From positions 186,001 to 250,000 of the forward strand of contig JAANOX010000224.1 of assembly GCA_020184695.1 (NCBI GenBank): DNA of 64,000 nucleotides. The letters run 5' to 3'. Both the position numbers and the translations under genes were made by a program. The DNA is from Histomonas meleagridis 2922-C6/04-290x (Eukaryota; Protista; Parabasalia). Positions within the stretch are counted from its first letter, which is position 1. Each line of letters begins with the position of its first letter. Shown here piece by piece: positions 1-9,975 of this stretch. The notes below the pieces were generated by a model that saw nothing but the letters and a program-made list of their open reading frames with translations, did no database searches and had not been told where the DNA came from.

Positions 1-54
1 AATAGATCTTTTCCAAGAAACTCATTTTTTGCCATAATTACAAATACGTTTTTT

Positions 55-3000
55 ATGATTCAAACATTTGCTACATTCTCATGGTTTTTTCATCCAGCTA
101 TTTGGCAAATTGAAGGAAATCTAGTTCTTCAATTTTTTCGCTACATATATTCAGTTGCTGATTTTGGTCTTTCTTTTGATTCTATTATTCCACCTATTAT
201 TGTTTCCGTTATTTCTTTTTTAGCAATTCTTTTTATTTTAATAATCCAATATTATTATAAACGAACTAAAACATATCCTAAATGGATGTTAGGCTTAGCA
301 GCACTTATATCCACCTTTATATGTCCCTTATTAGTTATTCCTACTTCTCATTCATGTGGTTATTACATCAAGCAAATTCTTATTTCATTTAATGGAACAT
401 ATTTATTTGTCATAATTATCACCTTTATCTTCTTTTTGACGAATATTTTCATGGTTTATCTCAATCAAATAATTAGTACCATGACACCATTTTTACCAAA
501 TAGTCTTTTATCATCATGGGATGGCGAAACCATTTATTACATCACTGTTGCAGCTTCTATTTGTTCTATATTTTCGTTTATTTTTGATATTTTACCCAAA
601 TATACATTTTATATCTCTGGTGCATTAGTTATTATTTTATGTCTTTATTTAATCTATAAAATGTTTCAGTTTCCATGTTTCCAAGTTTTTTCTAACGCAG
701 CCTTTTTAGCATTAGAATTATCCATATTATTTACAAACATATTTACATTTATTGAAATTAATCAAACGATTAAAATCTTTATACCAATTATAGTTATCAT
801 GATTTCATTACCAATATGTTATATAATTATGTCAAAATCACAACAATCTATTCGTAATAAAGATTATCCAATCGAGACAGAAACACAAGCAATTCGATCA
901 TTACGAGTCCAAATATATTATGATCCTCAAAAGTTTATAACATTAGATTTAATACGTGATATCTCAACGAAACATAAATCAACAAAAATATTAGTACAAT
1001 TAGCACGAATATTAGCAATGTTACCATTAGGAAGTCAATTATTAAATCGATTTATATCGATAATTAGTTATCGAACTGATTTAACATCATCTGAACGCTT
1101 TTGTTTTTTTCAAATCAAACGAATTCATTTATTACGACAATCATCAGTTTCACGACAATTAAACAATGATTTTAATGAAGTTAAAAAAGTCACAAGTCGA
1201 ACCATTAAAATTGCACAACAATTTTGGATTGATTTAGTTGATAAAAAGATTACACATAATTATGGATATTTCTTATCATTTTATCAAGAAATCCAAAAAG
1301 TAAATACGATTTGTTTAGAAGCTATTGATAAATATCCAAATAGTCCACGATTTGTTGATGAATATGCACATTTTCTCATCGAATGTAAAACAGATTTTGA
1401 ACTTGGAACTGAATATCATTATATAGCAGATCAAATCGAAAAAGGAAAACATAATAATATTGATTATGCTTATCGATCATTTGTTAATCGATATCCGATT
1501 TATTTAAAGGAGAAAATCCTTGATCATCGAGGTAAGAAAGTCATTGAACAAAAGAAAGAAAATGGCACAAGTAATTCATCTAATAATAACTCAAGTACTT
1601 TAATAAGTATTGATGATAATGAATTTGAAGAAGAAGCATCGAAAGTTATGGACCATAGTAAGTTACGTTTAGCATTACAAAAGGCATTAAATGGTTTAAA
1701 GAATCATCGATTAGAAAACTTTAAGATTACATTTGTATTAGAAATAATATTATGTATTATCATATTAATTACTTTTAGTTTATTCTTTAATGATTATTTT
1801 AATACATTAAAAATGCAATTTACTGCCGTAAAACAATTTTCAAATATTCGAGATACAATTTCACTTGAATGGTATTCATTTTCACGATTTTTAGAATCAA
1901 TTTCAAATTTATATATTACAAATGATATTAAAAATCAAATTTTAGGGTTTGATATAACAAAAGAAAATTTGGATTTAAATTATTTCGGTGTACCTAAAGA
2001 TATGTTATTAAAGTTTTGTGCTCAAGGAATGGAAGTTCAAAACACATTTAGTTATTCCGTAGCATTATTTGATAATGTTGAAGATTATACAGCATTATTA
2101 GAACCTTATTATAGTTTCCAAAATTGTACTTATTGTCAAAAACCAGAAAGTGGAGTAATAGTTGAAACATCAGGTAAAGCATTAATCGGAATGTTATTTC
2201 AACAATTTTCATTATTTTCGAATTATTCAAATGATAATTGGGAAACATCAAAAGAATTTTGTCAATTAATTAATAATTATAATTCATCATTAAAATTATT
2301 TCCTAATCAAATGGATTCGATTTATAATTGGTATACATCATTATCTAATTCATATAAGAAAACATTTTTTATTATTATTATAGTTATCTCTATTTTAGTT
2401 ATATTAATATGTTCGATAACATTTATTATACCATTTTATTTATTACGAAAAGATTTAAATTATTCAAAAGAAATAATGTTAAATGTCTCTAAAGAAGCAG
2501 CTGAAGAAGCATCGAAAACTATAATGAAAACTCATGATGATAATACATTAGTAATGTCATCAACATTAGAAGCTAAATCTTATGAAATGATATTATTACC
2601 AATTTTTAATATTCTTTTTATTTTTGGTATAATAATTTCATGTATAACTTTATATATAGCATTAATTGGATCAATTGATGTATATAATAATATATCAATT
2701 TGGTATATATTATCACATGAACGGAATTCTTACTTATTAGAAACTATGAGTATGGGAATTATTAGTTCAATAATTACTAAAAGTAATTTCCCGATAGAAC
2801 CTGATAATATAATATATACATATTCGAATTTATGTAATATTACAATGGAAATTCATAATCGTTTAATATCAACTGATAATAATATTAATGGATATTCCAC
2901 ATTAATTGATGATTTACATTTCATTTCTACTTGTGATAACAATGATAATATATCGAAAGTTGATGATATTAATGAACATAATAATTATAAATGTAATTCA

Positions 3001-4461
3001 ATTAATCAAATGATGATATTATTCCAACATTTACAAATCGATACATTAAAATCATTTAATGAACTTAATCCATTAGAAACTTCTCATTTCCAAAACTTAA
3101 TACATTTAATTGAATATCATTTATATCCAAAACTTTTAGAGATTAATTCGATATTAAATGAACAAACCATAAAATATGAAAAAGATTTTATTACATTTTA
3201 TTTCCCATTATATTTTTGTTTAATCATAGTTTGTTTAATATTTGTATTAATTCAAATCAAAACATTAATCAATTTAATACATTCATTTGAAATATCTAAA
3301 TCTTTAATTGGTAGACTTTCACCTCAATATATTGTCTCTAATCATAAACTTTTAAATTATGTATTAGATAATTCGAAAGAATTAAATTCCGAAAAATCAA
3401 GTTCAGCTGAACAATCAGTCATTAATTCATCGACTGATGCTATTTTAGCATTTGATCAAAACTTAATCATCGAATTAATGAATCCCGCAGTTAGTACAAT
3501 CTTTGGTTATACAGTTCAACAACTTTTAGGTCAAAGTATTACAACTATTTTACCTATTAATAAAGATCCGAAGAATTCACAACAATTTTATCAACAAATT
3601 AATCTCATGAAAAGTAAACAAGTACCTATGACATATTCATGTAAATTAATTGGAGAAAAAGATGATGAAAATGAAATCTTATTAAATGTTACATTATTAG
3701 GCATAAACAATGGGGAATCATTTGCGTTAATAATGAATGACATGACAATTGCAATGAAAGCTCAAAAAGATATTGAAGAAGCCAAAAAGAAAGCCGAGAA
3801 ATTATTATATCAAATATTACCACGTGATATTGTTAATCGAATTAATCAAGGAGAAACAGAAATATCATTTTCAGTACCAATTGCTACAATTACATTCATT
3901 GACATTGTTAAGTTTAGTGAATATTCCGCAACTTTATCCGCAAAACAAATAATGACAAACCTTGGAATGGTATTTAAATCATTTGATTCTTTATTAACAA
4001 AATATAAGACAATAATTAAAATCAAATTAATTGGTGACGTGTATATGGCTGCTGCTGGTTTATTCAACCAAAACTTATCAAGTGACGTGCCTGCTAGTGA
4101 AATGGTTTCATTCGCTATTGACGTGTTACATGTGTTGGATGAAATCAATCATGGATTGGAATCCAATTTGCAAGTGAGAATTGGAATTAACACTGGAGGA
4201 CCTCTGATCGCTGGCGTGTTGGGAATCGATAAGCCTTTGTTCGATATAATCGGAGACCCAATAAATGTCGCGTCAAGATTACAAAGTAACAGTCTGCCAA
4301 ACCATATACAGATATCACAGGCAACTTGCGACTTGATAAAGAATAAGGGATTCGTAATAGAAGAAAGAGGAAAGATACAGCTGAAGGGAAAGGGACTGCA
4401 GATGGCGTACTTCGTGGGAGTGGAGGAAACGTCAACAGAAGTGTTCCCGTTCTTGTCATAG
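55..4461 (+). CDS. Multi-pass transmembrane class III nucleotide cyclase (probably adenylate cyclase) with a PAS domain
   Basis: 1468-aa ORF with many hydrophobic segments. PAS-like DAILAFDQNLIIELMNPAVSTIFGY. Cyclase motifs ITFIDIVKFS, IKIKLIGDVYMAAAG, VRIGINTGGPLIAGVLG and LFDIIGDPINVASRLQS. The Lys/Asp specificity pair indicates ATP. This family is expanded in trichomonads. Confidence 0.93.
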   Translation: MIQTFATFSWFFHPAIWQIEGNLVLQFFRYIYSVADFGLSFDSIIPPIIVSVISFLAILFILIIQYYYKRTKTYPKWMLGLAALISTFICPLLVIPTSHSCGYYIKQILISFNGTYLFVIIITFIFFLTNIFMVYLNQIISTMTPFLPNSLLSSWDGETIYYITVAASICSIFSFIFDILPKYTFYISGALVIILCLYLIYKMFQFPCFQVFSNAAFLALELSILFTNIFTFIEINQTIKIFIPIIVIMISLPICYIIMSKSQQSIRNKDYPIETETQAIRSLRVQIYYDPQKFITLDLIRDISTKHKSTKILVQLARILAMLPLGSQLLNRFISIISYRTDLTSSERFCFFQIKRIHLLRQSSVSRQLNNDFNEVKKVTSRTIKIAQQFWIDLVDKKITHNYGYFLSFYQEIQKVNTICLEAIDKYPNSPRFVDEYAHFLIECKTDFELGTEYHYIADQIEKGKHNNIDYAYRSFVNRYPIYLKEKILDHRGKKVIEQKKENGTSNSSNNNSSTLISIDDNEFEEEASKVMDHSKLRLALQKALNGLKNHRLENFKITFVLEIILCIIILITFSLFFNDYFNTLKMQFTAVKQFSNIRDTISLEWYSFSRFLESISNLYITNDIKNQILGFDITKENLDLNYFGVPKDMLLKFCAQGMEVQNTFSYSVALFDNVEDYTALLEPYYSFQNCTYCQKPESGVIVETSGKALIGMLFQQFSLFSNYSNDNWETSKEFCQLINNYNSSLKLFPNQMDSIYNWYTSLSNSYKKTFFIIIIVISILVILICSITFIIPFYLLRKDLNYSKEIMLNVSKEAAEEASKTIMKTHDDNTLVMSSTLEAKSYEMILLPIFNILFIFGIIISCITLYIALIGSIDVYNNISIWYILSHERNSYLLETMSMGIISSIITKSNFPIEPDNIIYTYSNLCNITMEIHNRLISTDNNINGYSTLIDDLHFISTCDNNDNISKVDDINEHNNYKCNSINQMMILFQHLQIDTLKSFNELNPLETSHFQNLIHLIEYHLYPKLLEINSILNEQTIKYEKDFITFYFPLYFCLIIVCLIFVLIQIKTLINLIHSFEISKSLIGRLSPQYIVSNHKLLNYVLDNSKELNSEKSSSAEQSVINSSTDAILAFDQNLIIELMNPAVSTIFGYTVQQLLGQSITTILPINKDPKNSQQFYQQINLMKSKQVPMTYSCKLIGEKDDENEILLNVTLLGINNGESFALIMNDMTIAMKAQKDIEEAKKKAEKLLYQILPRDIVNRINQGETEISFSVPIATITFIDIVKFSEYSATLSAKQIMTNLGMVFKSFDSLLTKYKTIIKIKLIGDVYMAAAGLFNQNLSSDVPASEMVSFAIDVLHVLDEINHGLESNLQVRIGINTGGPLIAGVLGIDKPLFDIIGDPINVASRLQSNSLPNHIQISQATCDLIKNKGFVIEERGKIQLKGKGLQMAYFVGVEETSTEVFPFLS

Positions 4462-5202
4462 ATGTTATGTTCGGCGTTTCGGTAATGAAATTGTATTTAA
4501 TTAATAAATGTTTTTTTAAAATTTTTCAATAATGTAAATGACGGACGACCGAAAAAGATTTGATTCCACTCTTAAAGAAACTTCCATCAGAAGAACTTTT
4601 GTTTTGTGAAAGAGAAATATTTGCAAGCAATTCCAGATATCCAAATCGAATCATATATTTTTTCCGGGAAGAGATACTTAGATAGACTGCAGTGAAAAAC
4701 CTGTAGACCAACAACAAAATTCTATATAAATAATGATTTTAATAAAATTTGCTAGCAAATAGAAATTTTAACATATATTCCCAAAAATATGAATTAATTA
4801 AATATGTGAAGAAAATCGAGAAAAAAAATTTTTCCGTGTTAACGTTCTCTTTAGTGAAGTGAGTAAAAAATAGGAATATTGCGAAAATTACAAAATTAAA
4901 TCGAAAAAAATTTATTAAAATATATATTACTAAATATGTTCTCTATGAATAATGCTACAGTGTGAACTTGGGTTATAAATAGGTGTTTTTCATCCGTCTA
5001 CATGTTTTTCATTGCAGTCCATGATTTATTTTGATTACCAGAGTATTTGTTGATGTAAGACATTATATTATATATTTAGATAATTTTGGGTGAATAGTAA
5101 TTACTTGTCTTTACTGATATAATTTGGGGTGCCCCATTAAAATTTTCAATACAATTTTTTGACTGATTACTTGGCCAAAGCAACCAAACTTCACTAACAC
5201 AG

Positions 5203-6246
5203 ACGATTTCCAACAAACAAAATTTACATAATATTTGTTCTAAGCATAAGAAGCCTTTTGACTATTGTTGTGAAGAATGCGGAACTTTTTTATGCGGAGA
5301 TTGCCTTTTCGAACAATTAATGCAAAAAAGTGAAGAACACAAAACACATAAAATAATGAAGATATCTGAAATGAAAGAAAAGGTCTTGGGAAATTTGGAT
5401 CAATCTCTAACGAAATTAAATGACTCACTCAAAATCATCCATGATAAAGTTGAAAATCTCGAAAATTTAAGAACTCAGCTCTCAGTTTCATATGATGAAG
5501 CACAAATGGATATGTTTTCAACTTTTAGATCTATACAATCACATTTATCAGATTCAGAATCTAAGTGTGAATCTAAACTATCAAATAATATCAACACACT
5601 CAATGACCTTGCTAGCCGAGCCGAAGTACTTGTTGATGACTCAGAATCTATACTTAATTCCACAGATTCAAATTCCATCTCAGCAGCTCCACGTTTAATC
5701 GAAAATATTCGTTCTTTTGTATCTTTAGATACCAATTTTACCATTGAAGAAACTCCCACCATTGATTGGACTAATGAACTAATTCCAATATTTGCTTCAT
5801 ATCATCTTAAGATCCAAGATTTTATGAAATCATTCCGTGGCAAGCCTTTCACAGAGAAGTATTCTCGTGTAGTGTCCAGGTACAACGGCCAATGGAGAGT
5901 AAAAATTGTCAGATCAGATGGCGATCACCTTGGCGTTTTTATTGAGCTCCTCAGCGGGTTTTCTGAGCCTGCACAGTTTGAATATGCAGTTGAGATTGTT
6001 CATCCTCATGAGGATAAACATATTGTAAAAAGTTTCACTTCACTCTTCGGAATAATGGACTCGTGGGGATGGAAGAAGCTTGCCACAGCACGCCAGCTTG
6101 AGAGGGACGGATACGTTGATGAAAGTGATACTTTATGTCTATGTGTAAAGCTTAGGCCGGTATCGTTTAAAGATGCAGCAAGGATCGGAGAGGAGACACT
6201 AACAAAACTAAGGGAGAGGTACCATAAACTAAAAAATTGTGAATAA
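5203..6246 (+). CDS. TRIM37-like B-box/coiled-coil/MATH protein; the 5' exon is not identified
   Basis: The frame is open upstream of the listed ATG (5320) and encodes the B-box CSKHKKPFDYCCEECGTFLCGDCLFEQLMQKSEEHKTH. A coiled coil follows, then a MATH domain (GQWRVKIV...LGVFIELLSG...FEYAVEIVH...SWGWKK...EGY-like DGYV). A candidate 3' splice site ACTAACACAG ends at 5202. Confidence 0.75.
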   Translation, partial: TISNKQNLHNICSKHKKPFDYCCEECGTFLCGDCLFEQLMQKSEEHKTHKIMKISEMKEKVLGNLDQSLTKLNDSLKIIHDKVENLENLRTQLSVSYDEAQMDMFSTFRSIQSHLSDSESKCESKLSNNINTLNDLASRAEVLVDDSESILNSTDSNSISAAPRLIENIRSFVSLDTNFTIEETPTIDWTNELIPIFASYHLKIQDFMKSFRGKPFTEKYSRVVSRYNGQWRVKIVRSDGDHLGVFIELLSGFSEPAQFEYAVEIVHPHEDKHIVKSFTSLFGIMDSWGWKKLATARQLERDGYVDESDTLCLCVKLRPVSFKDAARIGEETLTKLRERYHKLKNCE

Positions 6247-6605
6247 AATTTTAAAATCGCATGACCGTTTAAATACAATACATTGACACAAATGTTTTGT
6301 CTGAAAATTAAGTGGCAGAAATACATTTTTGAAAAATAAATCTTTTAATTTTGTTAGGAATATTTCGTTTGTAAACATCAGAAATGGTCATTTTTTCAAT
6401 TATATAACCACTCGAACACTTAAAAGGGAGTTTATTTATAATTGAGAAATTATAACGGTTTATATTGTCAAATATACGGTTAAATTCAAATGATATAAAA
6501 TCAAAATTTAATCTGGATATATATCAACAAAAATTATAATAATAGAATGCAGTCAGAAATTAAGATGATGTATTCAAATCAGAATGTTTTTACTGATTAG
6601 AGATC

Positions 6606-6878
6606 TTAAAATATATCGTCATCAAAAGGCCCATTGTTATCATTGAAGTATTTATCAAAAATGTCATTTTCTTCGTCTACAGGCGTACTTGCTTCTTGGT
6701 TTTGCGTTTCATCTTGGTTTAGTTCTTCAATTATCGGCCAATCATAACACTCTGACAATCCAATATTTTCAATTATTTTACATTCTTTCACATCATAAAC
6801 GTGTGTGACATCACCAGGAAAGGTAGTAGTGATTTTTTTGATGCGCTTATTACGAGACCTTTCTCTTTTTGCTTCCAT
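6606..6878 (-). CDS. Small hypothetical protein with basic N-terminus and acidic C-terminus
   Basis: 90-aa ATG-started ORF of protein-like composition, with Inr-like TCAC just upstream and no overlap with other genes. Confidence 0.55.
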   Translation of the reverse strand: MEAKRERSRNKRIKKITTTFPGDVTHVYDVKECKIIENIGLSECYDWPIIEELNQDETQNQEASTPVDEENDIFDKYFNDNNGPFDDDIF

Positions 6879-7254
6879 TTATGTGAAGTGACCATTTTAA
6901 AGAAATTATCAATTTTCAGAACCTACAAAGGTTCTTTGCAGATTGAATTGTTTATTTCAAACGTTCGTACAAAACAAGAAAAAAAAACATAGTTAATCGA
7001 TAGCAAAACCGTTCAGATTTTGATTCAAAAAGTGGTCAATAAAATAAAAACACATCAATAAAAAATGATAAACTTCATTAAATTATTAACACAATATTGA
7101 AGATTTCTTATATATCAAATCAAGAAAACAAATTTCTCATCTGGCAACAATAACAATATGATGAAACGATAATGAGATAATGGAGCGTGATCACTTCCAA
7201 ATTCAATACTTTATATATATCAAACGGTTGATGGGGTATTTTTTGGGTAAAAAA

Positions 7255-8325
7255 ATGAGCGAAGACGAAGACCTTGACTTATCTCCGCTTGTTCTTCAAG
7301 AAATTAACGAACAAACATCAAAACCAAATGACATTTCTTCTTTTTTGACAACTGTCACATCAAAAGGAAACGAACAGAAAGTTATTTTTTTAACATCCAT
7401 ATTTCTTGCATTTTATTTTATATGTCTAGTACTATATTCTGCGTTCACTAAGAATTCTCCTTATGTTTCAACAGCTTTTACACAACTTATGCATTCAATA
7501 TTGCTTGCAATAACACTTGTTGCAGACTATTATTCAACGCTTTATCCTGATGAAAGACACACTTACGGGTACTCAAGGGCCACAATTGTTGCATCATTTG
7601 CAGTATCATTCTCCATAATTTTACTTGCTTTTTCTTTATTACTTGAAGCACTTAAGAATTTTTTACAAAACACCACTTCCACTCCTACTGACATACGTGT
7701 TATTTCTTCAATTATCCCACATATTGTTGTATTCATATCTTATGTGATTCCTGCATTTTTGTTAAGAAATGAATCTAAGAATCCATCTCTTTCTCATACA
7801 CCTCATTTCCATGCTGCCTTCCTTGTCTTCCTCTCCGGATCCATGCATTCATTGGCTCACTTCTGCTCGGGGTACACCCCATTTCTTAAGTTCACTGGTG
7901 AAGTAAGCGAACAGATTTCGCCACTTTTTCACGGGCTTGTTGCGCTTTTTATCATAGATCGCGCAAAGAGACTTCTTTATCCTTCTTTCCTTGTTTTGAT
8001 GCAAGCAACACCCTCAACGCTTTTGGAGGTGATTGATTCAAGACTAGGAGAAACGGTCATCGACAGAATGATACGAGAAGCTTCACATTTTGAAGGTGTT
8101 TTAGAGTGTAAATCTGCGCACTTCTGGGGAATCACATTCACAGAATACGTGGGATCTCTTCATATCAGAGTTAAGAATGATGCTAATGAGCAACATGTAA
8201 TTGCTCAAGCACATTCAAAATTTGATCCAATTGTTCATCATTTCACTGCACAAGTTGAAAAGGATCATTGGGATTATTTGGACAGAGCTTCATCGCCTGA
8301 GTTCGATGACGAGCTCGACTTTTGA
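7255..8325 (+). CDS. Cation diffusion facilitator (Zn/Co efflux) family transporter
   Basis: Motifs PDERHTYGYSRATIVASF, His-rich HTPHFHAAFL, FLVLMQATP and C-terminal HFWGITFTEYVGSLHIRV. Start moved to ATG 7255 (MSEDED), downstream of the M3-type motif AAACGGTTG at 7222-7230. Confidence 0.85.
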   Translation: MSEDEDLDLSPLVLQEINEQTSKPNDISSFLTTVTSKGNEQKVIFLTSIFLAFYFICLVLYSAFTKNSPYVSTAFTQLMHSILLAITLVADYYSTLYPDERHTYGYSRATIVASFAVSFSIILLAFSLLLEALKNFLQNTTSTPTDIRVISSIIPHIVVFISYVIPAFLLRNESKNPSLSHTPHFHAAFLVFLSGSMHSLAHFCSGYTPFLKFTGEVSEQISPLFHGLVALFIIDRAKRLLYPSFLVLMQATPSTLLEVIDSRLGETVIDRMIREASHFEGVLECKSAHFWGITFTEYVGSLHIRVKNDANEQHVIAQAHSKFDPIVHHFTAQVEKDHWDYLDRASSPEFDDELDF

Positions 8326-8381
8326 ATTCATTTGTTTTCTAAACGTTTTTCTATACAATTTCTGTTAACGGACAACTCCAT

Positions 8382-9398
8382 ATGGAGGAAGGCGGTGAGA
8401 ACGAAACGAAACTGGATGTTACACCTCTCGGGGAATTGCAAGCTGTGATCTGTACAGATGAATTTTTTTCAAATCCTAGCGTTATGGAAGAATCACTCGA
8501 AAAAGGAAAAAAGGATATCATGGCATTAAGAGAAGCGATCATAGCATCAAACAAAGCTTACCAAAGACAAATTAATTTGTTAACTTCTCGGCTTAATAAT
8601 AAGAAACAAATTGAGAATAATAAAAAAACGCCTAAAAGAGCAATGCCTTCTAATCTTATCTCAAAAGGCGAGAGGAAAATGTCCAGACAAATAACTCGCG
8701 AAAAAATAAGTGATGATTCTCTAGATATTTGGTGTCGAACAAAATTCATATTTAATTCAATTCCATCTGAAATTGACCTACGCCATATGCTCCAAAAAGT
8801 TGAGGTTGATCAATCTCAATATACAACAAATCATTCACCATGGGAATCCATCTTCAATGTTATTGAACGTTCATACAGTAATGCACAACATATTTCAGTT
8901 CCAGATGTTTCACAAGTAGAGCTTGAAGAAGAGACTTTTTCGGAAACAAATTTAAATCTTCCACCATTTCAAGTTGAAGAATCTCAAAAAAAGAGCAGTG
9001 GAATTTTCAACAATCTTCTCAGTGCCCTTGTTGAAGCCGATCCGATTCCGCCATCTGACGAACCACGCGAAGAATTTTTGCCAAGTCCACATCCTTTACT
9101 TCCAAAGATTGATTGTGACGAATATCTTGGATACTCATTTGATGAACGTCTAAGGATTGAGCTGATTGGCGCGGGATTGGTTCCAAGTGAAACGCTTGGT
9201 CGAAATCAACAAATTGAAGCGGAAATCATTGAAATCAAAAAAGAAATGGAAAATGTACAATCAGAAATTGCTCAACTTGGTGATGAAATATTTCAAAATA
9301 TGCATAAATATAGAGCAATGGAGGCAATGAACAATCGTGAAAATCTAAAATATAAGAAATTTTTGGAAGAAACAAAAAGGAAAAGGAGCAAAAGGTGA
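8382..9398 (+). CDS. Hypothetical nuclear coiled-coil protein, possibly Ada3/TADA3-like (SAGA subunit)
   Basis: 338-aa ORF. The segment YLGYSFDERLRIELIGAGL...IEAEIIEIKKEM resembles the Ada3 C-terminal pattern (S.EER...EL...GL...I..EL...Q.EL). Basic C-terminus. Resemblance judged by eye only. Confidence 0.45.
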   Translation: MEEGGENETKLDVTPLGELQAVICTDEFFSNPSVMEESLEKGKKDIMALREAIIASNKAYQRQINLLTSRLNNKKQIENNKKTPKRAMPSNLISKGERKMSRQITREKISDDSLDIWCRTKFIFNSIPSEIDLRHMLQKVEVDQSQYTTNHSPWESIFNVIERSYSNAQHISVPDVSQVELEEETFSETNLNLPPFQVEESQKKSSGIFNNLLSALVEADPIPPSDEPREEFLPSPHPLLPKIDCDEYLGYSFDERLRIELIGAGLVPSETLGRNQQIEAEIIEIKKEMENVQSEIAQLGDEIFQNMHKYRAMEAMNNRENLKYKKFLEETKRKRSKR

Positions 9399-9975
9399 AA
9401 AACGCCATCAGACTGTAAACCGACGATTAAAAACACGCTTTAGCGTTTGGTGTTGAAATAATTCAAACAATTGTTTCAAAAAATTGATATCCAATACTCT
9501 AAACGGCCGACTTGGTTGGCGAAGTTCGCTTCGCTTCAGTTTTTCTTACAAACTTCAATTCACTGTTGTTCATGCAGCACTCGAGAATTATAACTGGACG
9601 CCCTAAGTTTCACATTCGTGCTTCAAGGTTCTTTTCCTTCATCAGAAAAACAATTTGATTTTGAGCTTCACCATCAGATACTTATTGATGTATTTAATAA
9701 ATTTTATGAACAAGACACATATAGTAAACCATTAAATGATATCTAATGATAATTGTTATTTAAATAGTCAACACTTAAGTGGTAAATGTTTTAATAATAA
9801 TAATAATAAAAACAAATAATTTCAAAGTAGTTATAAGCATTAATATATGGTAAGAAAATAAATAAAAATACCCTTTAAATAAACAACAACATAAGTTTAT
9901 ATTATCTAAATAAAATATTTCAGATCTTTGATTTAGTTTTTACCGCAGCTGCATGAATAAAAAATGAGAATGTGT

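Noticed and set aside
688-700. TTCTAACGCAG as an intron 3' end in the cyclase gene
   Set aside because: The ORF is open and hydrophobic through it, and there is no consensus donor upstream.
9399-9750. GC-richer segment after the Ada3-like stop as read-through, selenoprotein or snRNA
   Set aside because: Frames contain several different stops, no SECIS or U1/U2/U4/U5/U6/RNase P consensus was recognised, and no clear ORF exists.
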